A DNA stretch of 64,000 nt, from contig OZ025690.1 in NCBI GenBank assembly GCA_964019335.1, forward strand, positions 186,001 through 250,000. Reading direction: 5' to 3'. The notes beneath the pieces were generated by a model. It was not told the DNA's origin. It did no database searches and was given only the letters and a program-made list of their open reading frames with translations. Positions 11,932 to 23,924 of the stretch are shown in pieces (within the stretch, counting starts at the first letter, position 1; every line of letters starts with the position of its first letter). A program made the translations under genes and the position numbers. The DNA comes from Diplonema japonicum (Eukaryota > Protista > Euglenozoa: Diplonemea).

Positions 11932-12423
11932 TTTTATTTCAAGAAGAAGAATGACTTTTTTTATTTTTGTTGCAGCGGGATGAAAAAAAAAAAAAAAAAA
12001 AAAGAGAAAGAAAAAAAAAACACAAGACGGAGATGGTAAAAAAAGAAGAAGAAGAAACGGATAGAAACGGGGAAAGAAGAATATGAATGAAAAAAGAAGA
12101 AAAAAAAGAAAAGAAAAAAAAGAAGAAGATCCGTTTTTTTTCCACCCAAACGGGGTAGGGGGCGGTAACGGACAAGCTTTTTTTTTTTTGGTTTCTACAA
12201 TATTCGTTCTGCAATAAAAAAAAAAAAGGAAAGCAGAGGAAAAAAAAAAAAAAAGATTTTTTTTTTTCATTCCCTTTTTTTTTTTCTCTTTTTTTTCTTT
12301 TTCTTTTGCATTGTTCTTTTTTTTTTTTTTTTTTTGTATCACACTATGGAAAGAAACAAAAAACACAAAAAAAAAACAACAACAAAAAAGAATTTGATTC
12401 CCCCTCCCCCCCCCCCCCCCCCC

Positions 12424-13326
12424 CTACTCCAGCATCTCAAGGACCTGGGCAGCAGTGGGACGCTGCTCGTAACCAACAAGGCAACTTTTTATGAGCTTTT
12501 GAATAACAGGGCTGGACGTGGCACCCGTTGGAATAGCGTACTTCATATTGAGTATCTGCAGCTGAGTGCTAAAAGGGTACTCCAAAAAAGTAACATAGTA
12601 AAGAAGAACCCCCAGGGCCCACACATCTACAAGGGGTGTAAGCGGTGTCTTGGACCAGAGGTCGCACTGCTCGGGAGCCCGGTAAGCGAGGGTGGTGAAA
12701 GATTCCACATCGATTTCCGCATTATTTATATCTGACCGGGTGGTGCAGACTTGGTGGGGAGTGGTGCTTGCAGACCCAAAATCACATAGTTTCCACTTCC
12801 CGTCCGAGCTCAGTAGAACATTTTCAGCCTTGATGTCCTTGTGAGTGACCGGAGGGTCTTTCTGGTGGAGATACGCGACTCCTTGAAGTACCTGCTTGAA
12901 GATGTCCAAGATCTCATTTTCTTGGAGGGTTGTTTTTCGGGAGAATTTTTCGTTCATATGTCCCAGTAGAGATTGCTCGCAGAGCTCTAGAGCAAGGCAC
13001 ACCTCCACCCTGCCCTTTTTTTCCACAACGCTGTGGCCGAAGTACTTCACGATGTTGCTGTGAGACATTTCCTTGAAGAGGTTGGCTTCCTTTACGGCAT
13101 GCGCCACCCTTACTTTGTCATATTCGTCAAAACTTCCCTTCTTCACAGCCGCCGTCCCACCTAGCTCCCGCTTGCATTTGTATACGCAACTCATGGCCCC
13201 TTCACCCACTACCTTTTTGACAATGTATTTTTCACCATTTACAACTACACTGCCGTCTTTGTGGTAGGGCGGCCTCTTCGGGATCAGCTCATCTGTATAA
13301 ATTAATCTATTAAGGCAGCAGCCCAT
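12424..13326 (-). CDS. Ser/Thr protein kinase, NAK (Numb-associated kinase) family
   Basis: Motifs GEGAMSCVY, AVKK, HKDIKAEN, KLCDFGSA, TTLAYRAPE, DVWALG. The N-terminal MGCC is a candidate acylation motif. Confidence 0.9.
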   Translation of the reverse strand: MGCCLNRLIYTDELIPKRPPYHKDGSVVVNGEKYIVKKVVGEGAMSCVYKCKRELGGTAAVKKGSFDEYDKVRVAHAVKEANLFKEMSHSNIVKYFGHSVVEKKGRVEVCLALELCEQSLLGHMNEKFSRKTTLQENEILDIFKQVLQGVAYLHQKDPPVTHKDIKAENVLLSSDGKWKLCDFGSASTTPHQVCTTRSDINNAEIDVESFTTLAYRAPEQCDLWSKTPLTPLVDVWALGVLLYYVTFLEYPFSTQLQILNMKYAIPTGATSSPVIQKLIKSCLVGYEQRPTAAQVLEMLE

Positions 13327-14115
13327 TTTTTTTTTTTTTTTTTTTCCCCTCCTCCAACCCACCCTTTTTTTTTTTTTTGAAATGATATGTTTAAAAAAAA
13401 GGGGGGGGGGAGATAAAAGCATAAAAAGGATGGGGTGGAGGGGTAGGGACGAAAAAAAAGAGTCGGCTGATCGTTTGTGCAAGCCGGAAAAAAAAAGGAA
13501 GGGGGTAAAAAAAATCCATTTTATTCAACAATTCTGAAAAAGAAAAGAAAGTGGTAGGGGGAAAAAAAAAATAGGAGGGGTGAGAAAGAGAGAATGTCTG
13601 GTAGATGGAGGAGGAAAAAAAAAAAAAAAAAGGAGGGGGAAAGTTTGCATTTTTATAGTCTTTTTTCTTTTTCTTTTGAAGAAATGCACTCTCTCGCTCC
13701 TTTTTTCTTCTTCTTTTTTTCTATCTCTTTGTGTTTGTTTGGGAAGGGGGGGCTTTTTTTTTTGTTTTTTTTTTGCCCCCATTTCTTTTTTGTTTATTTC
13801 AATTTCTCAATCTTCCCTTCACCACCCCCCAAATTTTGCGTTTTCATAGTTTTTTTTTTTTTTTCTTTTTTTTTTTACTTCCCCCTAAAAGAATCTGTTC
13901 CACACTCTTTTTCTTCTTTTTCTTTTTCCCTTTTTTTTTTTTGTCCCCTTCTTCTTTATCCCCATAACGAGGGAAAAATACGAAACACAGGCAAGGCTTG
14001 TTTCAAGAATGGGGTGTGGGGGGTGTGGGGGGAGAACAATACAAACAAACAAAAAAGGTACAACATTTTTTTTTTTTTTTTTTTTTTTTTAAACGTGCGC
14101 GATTCAAGCCAATCA

Positions 14116-14637
14116 TCAACGAAGGGTACCAGCAGCGCCCCAAGCTCTGATCCTCCTAGGGGACTCACCCTCACCGGACATAGGAGGCCCAGATGGGGTA
14201 CCAACCGAGGGCGTGTGGCTGTGACTCATCGGGGACCCACCATAGTACTGAGGGGAGGCGCTGATACCAGAGACAGGAGCCACAGGGTACACAGGGCTGT
14301 CATACACGGGAGACGCTGCAGGGATACCCACGTTCACAGGCTGGTACGACGACCTCGGGCTCCTGTACCCTGAGATACCATCTTGGGCACCAATCCCACT
14401 GCCGATGTGCTGGGCAATCTCCCTGTGCCTTGCCTCCTCCCTCAACCGCTCATCATCAACATACCTGTTGGGGCTGCCCGCGTACCCGCTGTGAGGGCTG
14501 CCTCCAACATACGGTGACGCAGCATAACCTGCAACAGGCGATCCTGCATAACCACTGTGAGGACTGCCCTCTCTGTTCCTTTGAGGCGACGCAGGGTGCG
14601 TAGACGGTGGGGGCGGGAGACCGGGCACAACGCTCAT
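14116..14637 (-). CDS. Hypothetical low-complexity Ser-Pro/Tyr-rich protein (173 aa)
   Basis: Starts MSVVPGLPPPP after an A-tract, with repeated GSP/ASP motifs. The upstream part of the 343-aa track ORF is an inserted element. Confidence 0.65.
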   Translation of the reverse strand: MSVVPGLPPPPSTHPASPQRNREGSPHSGYAGSPVAGYAASPYVGGSPHSGYAGSPNRYVDDERLREEARHREIAQHIGSGIGAQDGISGYRSPRSSYQPVNVGIPAASPVYDSPVYPVAPVSGISASPQYYGGSPMSHSHTPSVGTPSGPPMSGEGESPRRIRAWGAAGTLR

Positions 14638-14713
14638 TTTTCTTTTTTTTCCTTCTTTTCCCTCTGGGAAATGGTATGGGGGGGGGGAAGAAAAAAAAAA
14701 GAACAAAAAAAAA

Positions 14714-15158
14714 GTTGTCTCGATTTTAGTGGTGCCATGCAGTATGTGACACAGCGGCCACCCTTGTGAAGCTTCGCCCCGAAGCCTCCCAAGTCCCCTG
14801 TGGTCCCGTAGAAAGTAAAAGTGGAGAGGTAAAGAAAGCTTGGAAATTGAAATAGGGAGAGGGGCCACAGAAGCAATTAAACACCAACTGGAGAGTTGTG
14901 GGAGGCTTGCTTCACTGGCACGATGCCGCGGGGAGGCTACTTGCCTGACCTGGTGAAGCCACCTCCTTGTTCGATGTAATGGGATAAGGGACTCTCCGTT
15001 GAGGGCGATGCTAACTGGCGCCACGCGTAGGGTGGGCTCTCCACCCCCGTCCAGGTTTCCCCACGTGTACGGCTTTTTTGTTTCCCTTTCGCTTGTGTTT
15101 CTCCAAACCACAATTACCAGGAACCACCACAGGGAGGTTGGAAACATTGGTCCCCCCC
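14714..15158 (-). mobile_element. SINE-like or LINE 3'-end element sharing the family A terminal motif
   Basis: The minus strand ends TGTCACATACTGCA...AGACAAC-TTTT, compared with family A TGTCACATACTGCA...AGACATC-TTTT. It has a 14-bp hairpin CTTGGGAGGCTTCG/CGAAGCTTCACAAG and A-runs on both flanks. Confidence 0.55.
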
Positions 15159-15190
15159 AAAAAAAAAAAAGAAGAAATAACGGCCCAATA

Positions 15191-15706
15191 CTATTTCCGT
15201 TTCCGTTTCTGCTTCTCGCACGCAGCCTTCTTCTGTTCCAACGCCTTCAGCATCGCGACCGACGGCCTGCCTCCCGATTTTAATAAGTGCACCGCTTCCC
15301 GGACTGTCACACAGTGGTCTATCAGCAGTGCTATAACTGGCTGCGATGGTGGGATGCCCTCTCCTTGCATGAGGCGGTGCAAGACCCTCGCCACGTTGTG
15401 GGAGGATGCTGCGGATCTGGGAAGGGTCTCAAGGCAGAGTTGAAACGTTTTCTCGTTGCGAGGCACACCCATTGCCTCCATCTGGTCTAGCAAGTCTAGC
15501 CTTGTGGAGTGAACCATACCCTGCATAAGGGAGTTCCAGACCCTGGTACCAGGCGTGCGTCCTTCCTTGATCATAGATTTTAAACCTTTTCTGCCTTGTT
15601 TTGTCACTAGCCGCACGCCTGTGTCTGCACGTTTGCACATGGGCTTTCCTGGGGAAGCGAGGCCTTGGAGGTGGAGATAACCTCGTAGCTTGCCATTGAA
15701 TGCCAT
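15191..15706 (-). CDS. Small pentatricopeptide-repeat-like protein
   Basis: PPR-like segments TRVWNSLMQG...LLDQMEAMGVPRNEKTFQLCL...RLMQGEGIPPSQ; ATG follows an A-tract. Confidence 0.6.
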   Translation of the reverse strand: MAFNGKLRGYLHLQGLASPGKPMCKRADTGVRLVTKQGRKGLKSMIKEGRTPGTRVWNSLMQGMVHSTRLDLLDQMEAMGVPRNEKTFQLCLETLPRSAASSHNVARVLHRLMQGEGIPPSQPVIALLIDHCVTVREAVHLLKSGGRPSVAMLKALEQKKAACEKQKRKRK

Positions 15707-15955
15707 TTTTTTTTTTTTTCTCAATTTCTTTTATTTTTTTATTTTTTTCATTTTCTCCCTGTCCTTCTATTTTTTTTTTTTTTTTTTTTATGGGGCGCAA
15801 GGAACAACAAGAACCCAACTGAACAAAAAAAAAAAAAAAAAAAAAAAAAAAACGGAATGAAAAAAACAAAAAAAAAAAAGAGAAAAAAAAAGAAAAAAAA
15901 AAAACGAGAAAGAGTGAAGAAGGAGAAGAGGAAAAGAAAGAAAAGGAAAGAAAAA

Positions 15956-16744
15956 GGTGTCTTTGAAGGGAACCTGCAGTATGTGACAGGATCGCCTAAC
16001 GACAATCGCCGTAGAAGGCGGACGGTAGGATGTTCTCTGCGATGATCTGTACCTTGCGGTTGTGGTAAAGTCTCGTACCAAGTGCCTTGCGGGCTCTCGT
16101 GTTCTCTCTTCTACAAGGCTGGAAGTAGACCAGTACCACTAGGATCTGCAGTTTGCAGGACGTGTCGAAGGTCTCCCCGTGTAGCTGTACGTTGCCAGTA
16201 CTTGGGTTTCGTTCCAAACAACTTAGTCTCCTTCGGGTGGATAGCCATCCCTGTGAGCTTGCAGAGGGTGCCAAGCAGGTTAACGGAGCGTTGCACCGCG
16301 GCCTCCGAGGTAGCCGCCGTGAAGTTTAGGTCGTCTGCATACGACACAGGATGGGCGTTTCTAGGGTTCGCCGTGCACTTCTTGGTGAATAGCGAGGATC
16401 GCGTTGATGAAGACCGGTGATATTGGACAACCCTGGAGAATCCCATTCGTGGTTCTGAACGGTGCGCCCACCCCCATGGGGAAACGGATTAGGTCCGAGT
16501 AGATGGATTTTATCGGTCTCAGGATAAGTAGGCTGAGGCCTAAACGCTCCACTAAATCGAACGTAAGCGCATGGGGGATCGAGTCGAAGCACTTTTTGAA
16601 GTCAACCGAGAGGCCATAGAGGTGCTTACCTGATACTTTCGCCGTCTCTACACTAGTGTAGACTCGGGCGAGGAGATCGTCAGTGCTGTGTTTCGGCCTG
16701 AAACCGAACTGGAGAGGGGTGATCCACGCCTCTTGCCACTCGAG
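15956..16744 (-). mobile_element. Internally deleted LINE family A fragment (RT core + 3' UTR)
   Basis: Motifs WQEAWITPLQFGFRP, DFKKCFDSIP, TNGILQGCPISP, YADD. Its 3' UTR matches 25774-25825. Frameshifted. Confidence 0.9.
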
Positions 16745-17258
16745 AAAAAAAAAACATAATTTCCGCGATTTTTTTTTCTTTCCAAAAAGCGCAAAACGGA
16801 TTGCGTTCCGATCCAAAATCATCAGAAAAAGAAAAGAAAAAAAAAGGGGGGGGGGGGGCTCTTCTGTTGTTTTTCATCTCGGTCTGTCTATCTCCCAGCT
16901 TGCTTTGGTTATTAATCCACAGAATTCATCCCACCAACGAAAAACTGCACCTTTTCACAGGTAGTGTTGAGGTCGGGAGGGAAGGGCGGGGGGGAAAAAA
17001 AAAAAAATGTCGGACCATGACTCTCGGGTAAAATTGAAATATTTCGAAATAAAAACCACGGAAACTATGAAGAAGAAAGAAGAAAAGGAGAAACAAAAAA
17101 AAAAAAAGAAACAAAAATTTGCAAGGTGGAACTAAAAAAAAAAAAAGAAAAAAGATGGGTTGGTAGGCAAAAAAAAAAAAAAGGTCACGATTTTTGGGGT
17201 GTTTCACAAACGCTGTGTGTCTTTTTTTTTTCTTCTTCTTCTTTTTTTTTTTTTTTTT

Positions 17259-17945
17259 TATTTCACTCTTCAGAAATTACTTCACGCACTGGGGGGCCCA
17301 TTACTTCACGCTAAATCTCATTACTTCACGGTGAAATAATGGCCTGTTTTCCGTGAAGTAATAGGGGGTTTCCAATTTTTGCCTCGGTTCGGTTCCCAGT
17401 GGGGCTACTTTTCCCTCCCAGTTTGCTATTTCCCCCCAGGTTCAGCTCAATTGGCCAACTTTTGCCTCGGCTCAGTTCCAAGTTGGACTACTTTTTCCTC
17501 CCAATTTGCCCACTTTTGGCTAGGCCTTGTTCCCAGTTTCTGGGTAACTCTTCTGTGGGTAAGGGTAACTTAGTCAGCTTACCCAAGCACCCCAAAAGAC
17601 TTCAAAATACCGAAGCAGCAGAAAAAAAAGGAGCCAGCCGCGCTAGGTATGGGAAGGCCTGATTAGAGATGGTGACAGTGGCAATGCCAGCGACAGCGGC
17701 AGCTCTTAGTCAACAAAAGGAGGGAAAACAACTTGTATTGTAACCTTTGTAACCCCTCTCTTGTTGTACCCCTTGTCACCCTGTTGTGCCCCTCGTGGTG
17801 AAGTAATTTCAGAGTGTCGTGAAATAAAACCACTTACCTACCGCCAAGTAATGCTTTACCGACCTCTCGGCCCTGCGGGCCCTCGACGGTAAAATGCAGA
17901 ACCTCGAGGTAACGGTAAAGTCATTACTTGTTGGCAGTAAATAGC

Positions 17946-17947
<2 letters not shown>
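17259..17947 (+). mobile_element. Non-autonomous ~700-bp element with asymmetric subterminal IRs and terminal hairpin (Helentron/HINE-like), copy 1
   Basis: Left end TATTTCACTCTTCAGAAATTACTTCAC with an inverted partner at 17798-17826, ATTACTTCACG repeats, a long 3' palindrome, and T-tracts on both flanks. Four copies in the window. Confidence 0.7.
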
Positions 17948-17980
<33 letters not shown>

Positions 17981-18255
17981 GCCCGCCCATTGTATTTAAT
18001 TCGGAGAATTCAGGCTAGTTACGCATCTCCCTTTTTCATGAAAGACCAGATATTCTTTGGTAAGTTGGCAAGACACTTTAATTCGGATTTTGAAGAAAAA
18101 AAAAAAAAAAAGAAGAAGAAGAAAAAAAAAAACAAATAGGTGAGTTATTCTTTGTTTGCGTGCTTGGTTACAAATATTTTTTTACCGAATAATGAGATAT
18201 TTGAAACGCAAAAGGCTGCCGACATTTTAACCACGACGAATAAAAAAAAATAAAA

Positions 18256-18297
18256 CTCAAAGTACAGGACAAGCCCCCCGCTAGAGGGCCGCCCTAT
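18256..18297 (-). mobile_element. 42-bp LINE family B 3'-terminal insertion with 9-bp TSD
   Basis: Identical to the first 42 bp at 8344 and 21357; flanked by AAAATAAAA at 18247-18255 and 18298-18306. Confidence 0.85.
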
Positions 18298-18581
18298 AAA
18301 ATAAAAAAACGGAGTCAGTTTCTACACACCTGCATACCTTTGTTTTCTTTTGGAATCTTTTTTAAAACCTTAAGCACTGATTCGCCCAAAAAAAAAAAAG
18401 AAATAGTACTTTTTTTTCTTTTTCGTTTTTTTTTTTTTTTTTTTTTTTTTCTTCGCAAAGAACCGGCCGCCGGGGGCACCTTAGGGTTTAAAAAAATAAA
18501 AGTTACTATGATAGGAAACGAAGTGGTTAGCAACGGCCCATCAAAAAAAAGGCCAGGTAGTTCCTGTTCGAAGCTAGGCGG

Positions 18582-18615
<34 letters not shown>

Positions 18616-19475
18616 TTTTTTAAAAAAAGATTTTGCTTGGTGATATAATGATTCTTCACATACTATTCCTTGGCACATCAAATAGCAAAACGAAACAGAA
18701 GCATTTTAAAAAAGAAAAGAATGAAAAAAGAAGAAGAAAAAAAAGGCCCTGCTCGCTCGTAGGCCAAAGGTATTGGTCGTCTCCAAGAAAACATTAAAGA
18801 AAAAAAAAAAAAAAAAAAAAAAGGCAGGTGATAGCAACGACCACCCTTTGAAAACAGTGCAAAGGAAAAGAGCAAAAAACGAAAAAAAAAGAAGAAAAAA
18901 CAAAAAGAACCCCCCTTTTTTTTTCTTCTCCTTTCCCTTGAAAAGAAAACCACTTTTTTTTCTAAAACTAAAAATAAATTAAAAAGAAAAAGAAATTTCT
19001 ACCTTGAGTCCTTTTCAACTTTTTCTTTTTCCGATTTTTTTTTTTTCCCGTAATTTCTTTTTTGGGGCACGACCAAAAAGGAGAGAAAAAAGGTGGGGGG
19101 AAACACACCACTCAATAATGCAAAAAGGGAAAGGGGAAAAAAATCGCCTTTTTTTTAAATTCTTTTTTTTTTTTTTTTTTTTTTTTTTTGCGCTTATAAC
19201 ACCATCTTCAACCACAGCCAACAAGTATTTTTTTTCTCTTTTTTTTTTTTAAAAAGTTTTCTTTGGCTCACAGGCCAAAGTTTCTGTTTCAGAAAACACG
19301 GGCAGGGGAGAGGGGAAATGGAAAAAAAAAAAAAAAAAAAAAAAAAAAGCGCTGTTACCAAATAATGAGTATCACAATATAACTTGAGTTTCTGAATTTT
19401 CGGGGCCCCTAGTGCAGAGCAGAAAAAACCATCAACGAAAGTTAAATTTATGGCTCATTTGGAGGTAAGAAAGTC

Positions 19476-19509
<34 letters not shown>

Positions 19510-19655
19510 CCTTTTTTTTTAAACACCCATTCGTCATATTTGATTCACAAAAATTGCGTCCAGGGCCGAGAGACATATGGATTTTCTGGAAAAAAAAAAC
19601 TTTCAGTGAACCTTTGGACATTTTTTTTTCCTTTGATTCTCCCCTAAAGGAATCG

Positions 19656-19689
<34 letters not shown>

Positions 19690-20409
19690 GTTCCCCCCTT
19701 AGAGATATGAGAGAGTAGCCTACACGACGGTGCAAAAATGGGTCATGATGTGAAAAAAGAAAGATGACGAAAGGGTGTAAAAAAAAAAAATAATAAAATA
19801 AGAAGAGCGAGAGAAAAAAAAAAAGAAAAAAAAAAGAGGGAAAAGAAAAAAAAAATCACTGTTTCTTTTTTTTCCATTTTTTTTTTCTTTTTTTTTTTTC
19901 ACTCGCTCGATAGCCGCCGTCCTTTTTGGACTGTCACGAGCCTGGGAGGGGACAAAGAAGTATCGATAAAGGAGAGAGGAAGAAAAAAAAAAAGAACAAA
20001 ACAAAAAAAGAAGAAGATTTGGGAGAAAATAAAAATAAAACTGCGATAGAGAAAATAAAATAAAAAAAAACAAAAAAGAATATAAAACCGGTCTCATGGC
20101 TTTTGTTTTTTTTGCTTTTTTTTTTGGGAGGGGGGAAAAAGAGGAAAGGTATGAAAACGTAATCGAAAAGCGGTTTTCTTTTTTTTTTTCTTCTTTTTTT
20201 TTTTTTCTCGTTCCCCCAGCTGTTGAATAGTTCACCCCCTTCCCTCCCCCTTTTGAAAAATTGCCATAGTACATTTACCGTCTGGGAAGGGATGATGAAT
20301 TTTTTTTTTTCTTTTTTTCCTAAATTTGCAAATTCAGAAATAAAATCGTAAATACCGTAAAATGTACTTAACGTGGAACGAAAAAAGCTCCAAGTCGTTT
20401 TCAAAATAG

Positions 20410-20441
<32 letters not shown>

Positions 20442-20581
20442 AAAAGAAAAATTCCATAATTTATCCGTATCAAATACTTTCTGTTCCATTTTAAGTACAA
20501 ACAAAGTAAATAAAGAATTTCTTTTAAAAAAAGCGAGCTAGAGAGAGGAGGGCACAAAATCCAATTTTTCTCCCGTGCCTT

Positions 20582-20616
<35 letters not shown>

Positions 20617-21356
20617 GGAAAACCGCTCTTGTATCTACAAAATGTGGCAGGTTTTACTTTTGCTGGCAAAAGAAATTAAAAAAAAAAAGAAAAAAAAGAA
20701 GAACAAAGGGGAAGAGGGAAGGAAACTTTCAGGTGTTGATTCAAAAGATTGTTGTTTTCTTTTCCCCGCCCTTTATTTCTTTTTTTGTTATTTAGGGAGA
20801 GATTTTTTTTTTTTTTTTTTTTTCCATTCCTTAAAGAAATGTGACACATCAGATATTGCATTATGTTTGTATTTTTTTTTTGTATTAAAAAAAAGGAGAA
20901 AGAAAGGTGTCGTTGTTTAAGCATGAACAGAGCGAGCTGTTGCCTCCCCCCCTACCACCAAGTCCAAAAAAGTTACCAAAGGTCTGAAATTAAAAGAAAT
21001 CAAAAGGTGATTTCTTTTTCTTCTACCCCCCCCCTTTTTCGTTTCTATTAGTTTTCTTTGCAAATAACTTCTTTTAAGGAATAACTCAAAGGAGATTCGG
21101 GGGGGGGGGGGGGGGGGGGTTGTTGAGAGAGAGTGTGTGTGTGCCTCGGACAAAAGAAAAAAAAGAATGAGAAAAGGGAGAGCAAATAAATTTATTATAA
21201 AAAAAAAAAAGGGAAAAATTAAGAAATCTTTTTTTTATTCGGTTTTCTTTTTTTTTTTAAATTTAAATCTCCCCCAAACCCTCTTTATTTCCTTTTTTTT
21301 TTTTTTCTTCTCTTCTTTCGTTCTTTTTTTTTCTAAATCAAAAAGAAGAAGAAAAA

Positions 21357-22255
21357 CTCAAAGTACAGGACAAGCCCCCCGCTAGAGGGCCGCCCTATGG
21401 GAGGGGGGGGTCTATCTGTTAATACTCCCCTTCTGGAGCATTGCTTTCATCCCGATCGTGGCTGTGAGCGTCTTGCGGAGTCGAGTGATGCGATCCCGCT
21501 TGTAGGCGGCCTTCAAATCCATCAGCTTGACGTGCGTGGACTGGGTAGCAAAAATGGGCCTCCTGGAGAAGCCTATAGCTGCCTTTCCTCCTATGGCGAT
21601 GAGGGACTTCACCCTTTTCTGCTCATCCGCTGGGAAGGGGCGTCGCTTCTTCCGTGCCCTGATCTTTACGATTAGGGCTTTGATTCTGCGTGCCCTATCT
21701 TCCAGCAGGCCTCCTAATGATTTACCGGTCGTCCATTCGAAGTCAATGGCTAGCTCTACCGCCGACACCTCCGAGGTGGTGTCCTTCTCCACCCAGCATG
21801 AGCTCCACGTCCCGCTTCTCAACCACCACGGCCAAGTATCGTTGCAGTTTTTCCAGGTATGCAAAGGCATGTCCTCTCGGCAGTATTGCGTGTAGCTCAA
21901 GACACAGGGGCCATCCCGTCCTGTTGCGCAGCGGTTCCAAACCGTCCTGTCCGAAGAACTTTCGAAAACCCAGGGCTAGTCCCTCCAGAGGCTCTCCTTC
22001 CACCAAAGCCAGTTCCATGAGGGCTGTTGTCGTACTGTGCTTGGGCCTAAACCTGTGCTGTCTCGGCGTGATCCAACGTTCTGCCAGTCAAGGACACCCT
22101 TCAGCCTCGTACACGCCCACAAGCGATAGATGGTGCTGGTCACTGTGATGGGTCGGTGGTTCAGCGGTGCTGACCCTTCACCCTTTGGTATCAGTGACAC
22201 CAGGGCTGTCCCACTGGGGCGCACGAGGAGGTCAACAGCGAACAACACATCTGAT
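21357..22255 (-). mobile_element. LINE family B fragment (partial RT fused by deletion to the C-terminal domain + 3' UTR)
   Basis: LVSLIPKGEGSAPLNHRPITVTSTIYRLWA RT motif; the 3' part is near-identical to 8344-8955. Confidence 0.88.
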
Positions 22256-22293
22256 GTACTTCTTTATATCTCCATGTAATCCCCACAAGCTAA

Positions 22294-22331
<38 letters not shown>

Positions 22332-22764
22332 AAAACTTCAGCTCCATTTTTTTTTTTCTTCCTTTTTTTCTTTTTCTTTTTTTCGGGCTCTCAACGGGAA
22401 AAAAATAAATAAAAAAACGGCTAGAAAAATAAAAAAGTAAAAAGTAAAAATAATAATAAAAAAAAAAATATATATATGAGTTAAAGGAAGTCTTTGCGAG
22501 ACGCCCCCTTGTTCCCATTCTGTACCTGCATTCAGTGGTTTCAGTGTTCTTGCCGACCTTCTCCCCATCGTGGCCGTTTTTTTCTTCTTTTTTTTTTTTT
22601 CTTTTTTGTTTTTTTTTTTTTTTTTTTTTTTTTTAAAGTTCTTTTTTTTTTTTTTAAAAAAATCGAGGCAACTAAGAAAATAATCTCTCACATGTTAACA
22701 GTGGTATACGGATTGTGTCTCCAAACCTTTTTTTTTTTTTTTTTTTTTTTTCCCCCTCCAAAAT

Positions 22765-23477
22765 TTATACCTGTTCACTTCTGTTCCTATCAACAGGGGT
22801 CGGAGCCGGATCCGCGAAATCTGGCTGACAATAAGAACCCGAACCGCCTTCATAAACTGCGTAATATGAAGTGGCGGAAAAAGAATTGGCCACAGCAGTT
22901 GAAGCTGGCTGAGGAGAGTAGTCAGGGATGTAAGCAGCGGGACTTTCATAGGCAGAGTAGTAGGAAGCCGGATAGGAAGGAGAAGGGGCGTAAGGACACG
23001 GTGCAGGAGGTGGGTTGGGATCGTCAGGCTGTGTCGATTCAGGTACACTACTCACCACAGTTTCAGTGTCGGTGGTATCCTTCTTCTTGGTCTCCCTGCG
23101 TGCGTACACATGGGGGTGCTCACATGCCTGCCCTTTAGGACACTCTCCAGAATGGAATAGAGGGCACTTTGTGTGGAACTCAGGGTAGGTTTTCCACATT
23201 ACACTGCAGATCAGGCACCTTAGAACCAGTTTTCCTCGTTTCTTCGTCTGTTTCGTCCATTGGTTGTGCTTGCAAGGTCTCAGCATTTCGCTCTTCTGTG
23301 CCACCCGCTTGACCACAGGCTTCTCACCCTTCTTAAGAACCGGCTCATCATCGTCCTCAATAATATGGTCGGTCTGTGAGTTTAGTGGGGAAAAAAAAAA
23401 GGGGGTTTATCACATACCGGCTTCCTTTCAAACAACAGTGCCCTCTGAGGCACAGCATGCTCAAGCATCATGTTCAT
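22765..23477 (-). CDS. Zinc-finger protein (C-H/CxxC module plus CCCH finger); exons 23477-23418, 23373-22765
   Basis: PCKHNQW...LRCLICSVMW...CPLFHSGECPKGQACEHPH. The 44-nt intron GTATGT...ACAG (23374-23417) splices in frame. Confidence 0.8.
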
Positions 23478-23767
23478 GTGGAGTTTTTTTTTTTTTTTTT
23501 TTTTTTTTTCTTTCTTAGTGTGTCTGTTGATGATGGTGGGGGGGGAGAGGGGGGTTTTTTTTTTTTAATTTCTTTATTTTTTTTTTTTTTCTTGGCGCCT
23601 CGCAGAAGCTTTTTAGAGGATTTTTTTTTTTTTTTTTTTATATTACCCCATGCAAAAAAGCGGTCGAATAGAGGCCCTTGAATAAGCAGGGAAGCTGTAG
23701 TCTCAGAGCAACCACCACATCGTGAACCTTTGCACGATGTGGGGGGAGGAAAAAAAAAAAGAAGAAG

Positions 23768-23803
<36 letters not shown>

Positions 23804-23924
23804 GTCTATCTTAGTAGACAAAAAAAAAATAGAGACATATTAAAAAGTTCCTTTCTTTCTTTTTTTTTGATATCGATGCGGAAGAGAGAGGGGAAAAAAA
23901 TGGGTACCCCCCTTTTTTTTTCTC

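Noticed and set aside
17950-21350. Many poly-Phe/poly-Lys ORFs in the track
   Set aside because: These are artefacts of A/T homopolymer tracts. There is no coding-like composition, and I could not assemble a spliced gene.
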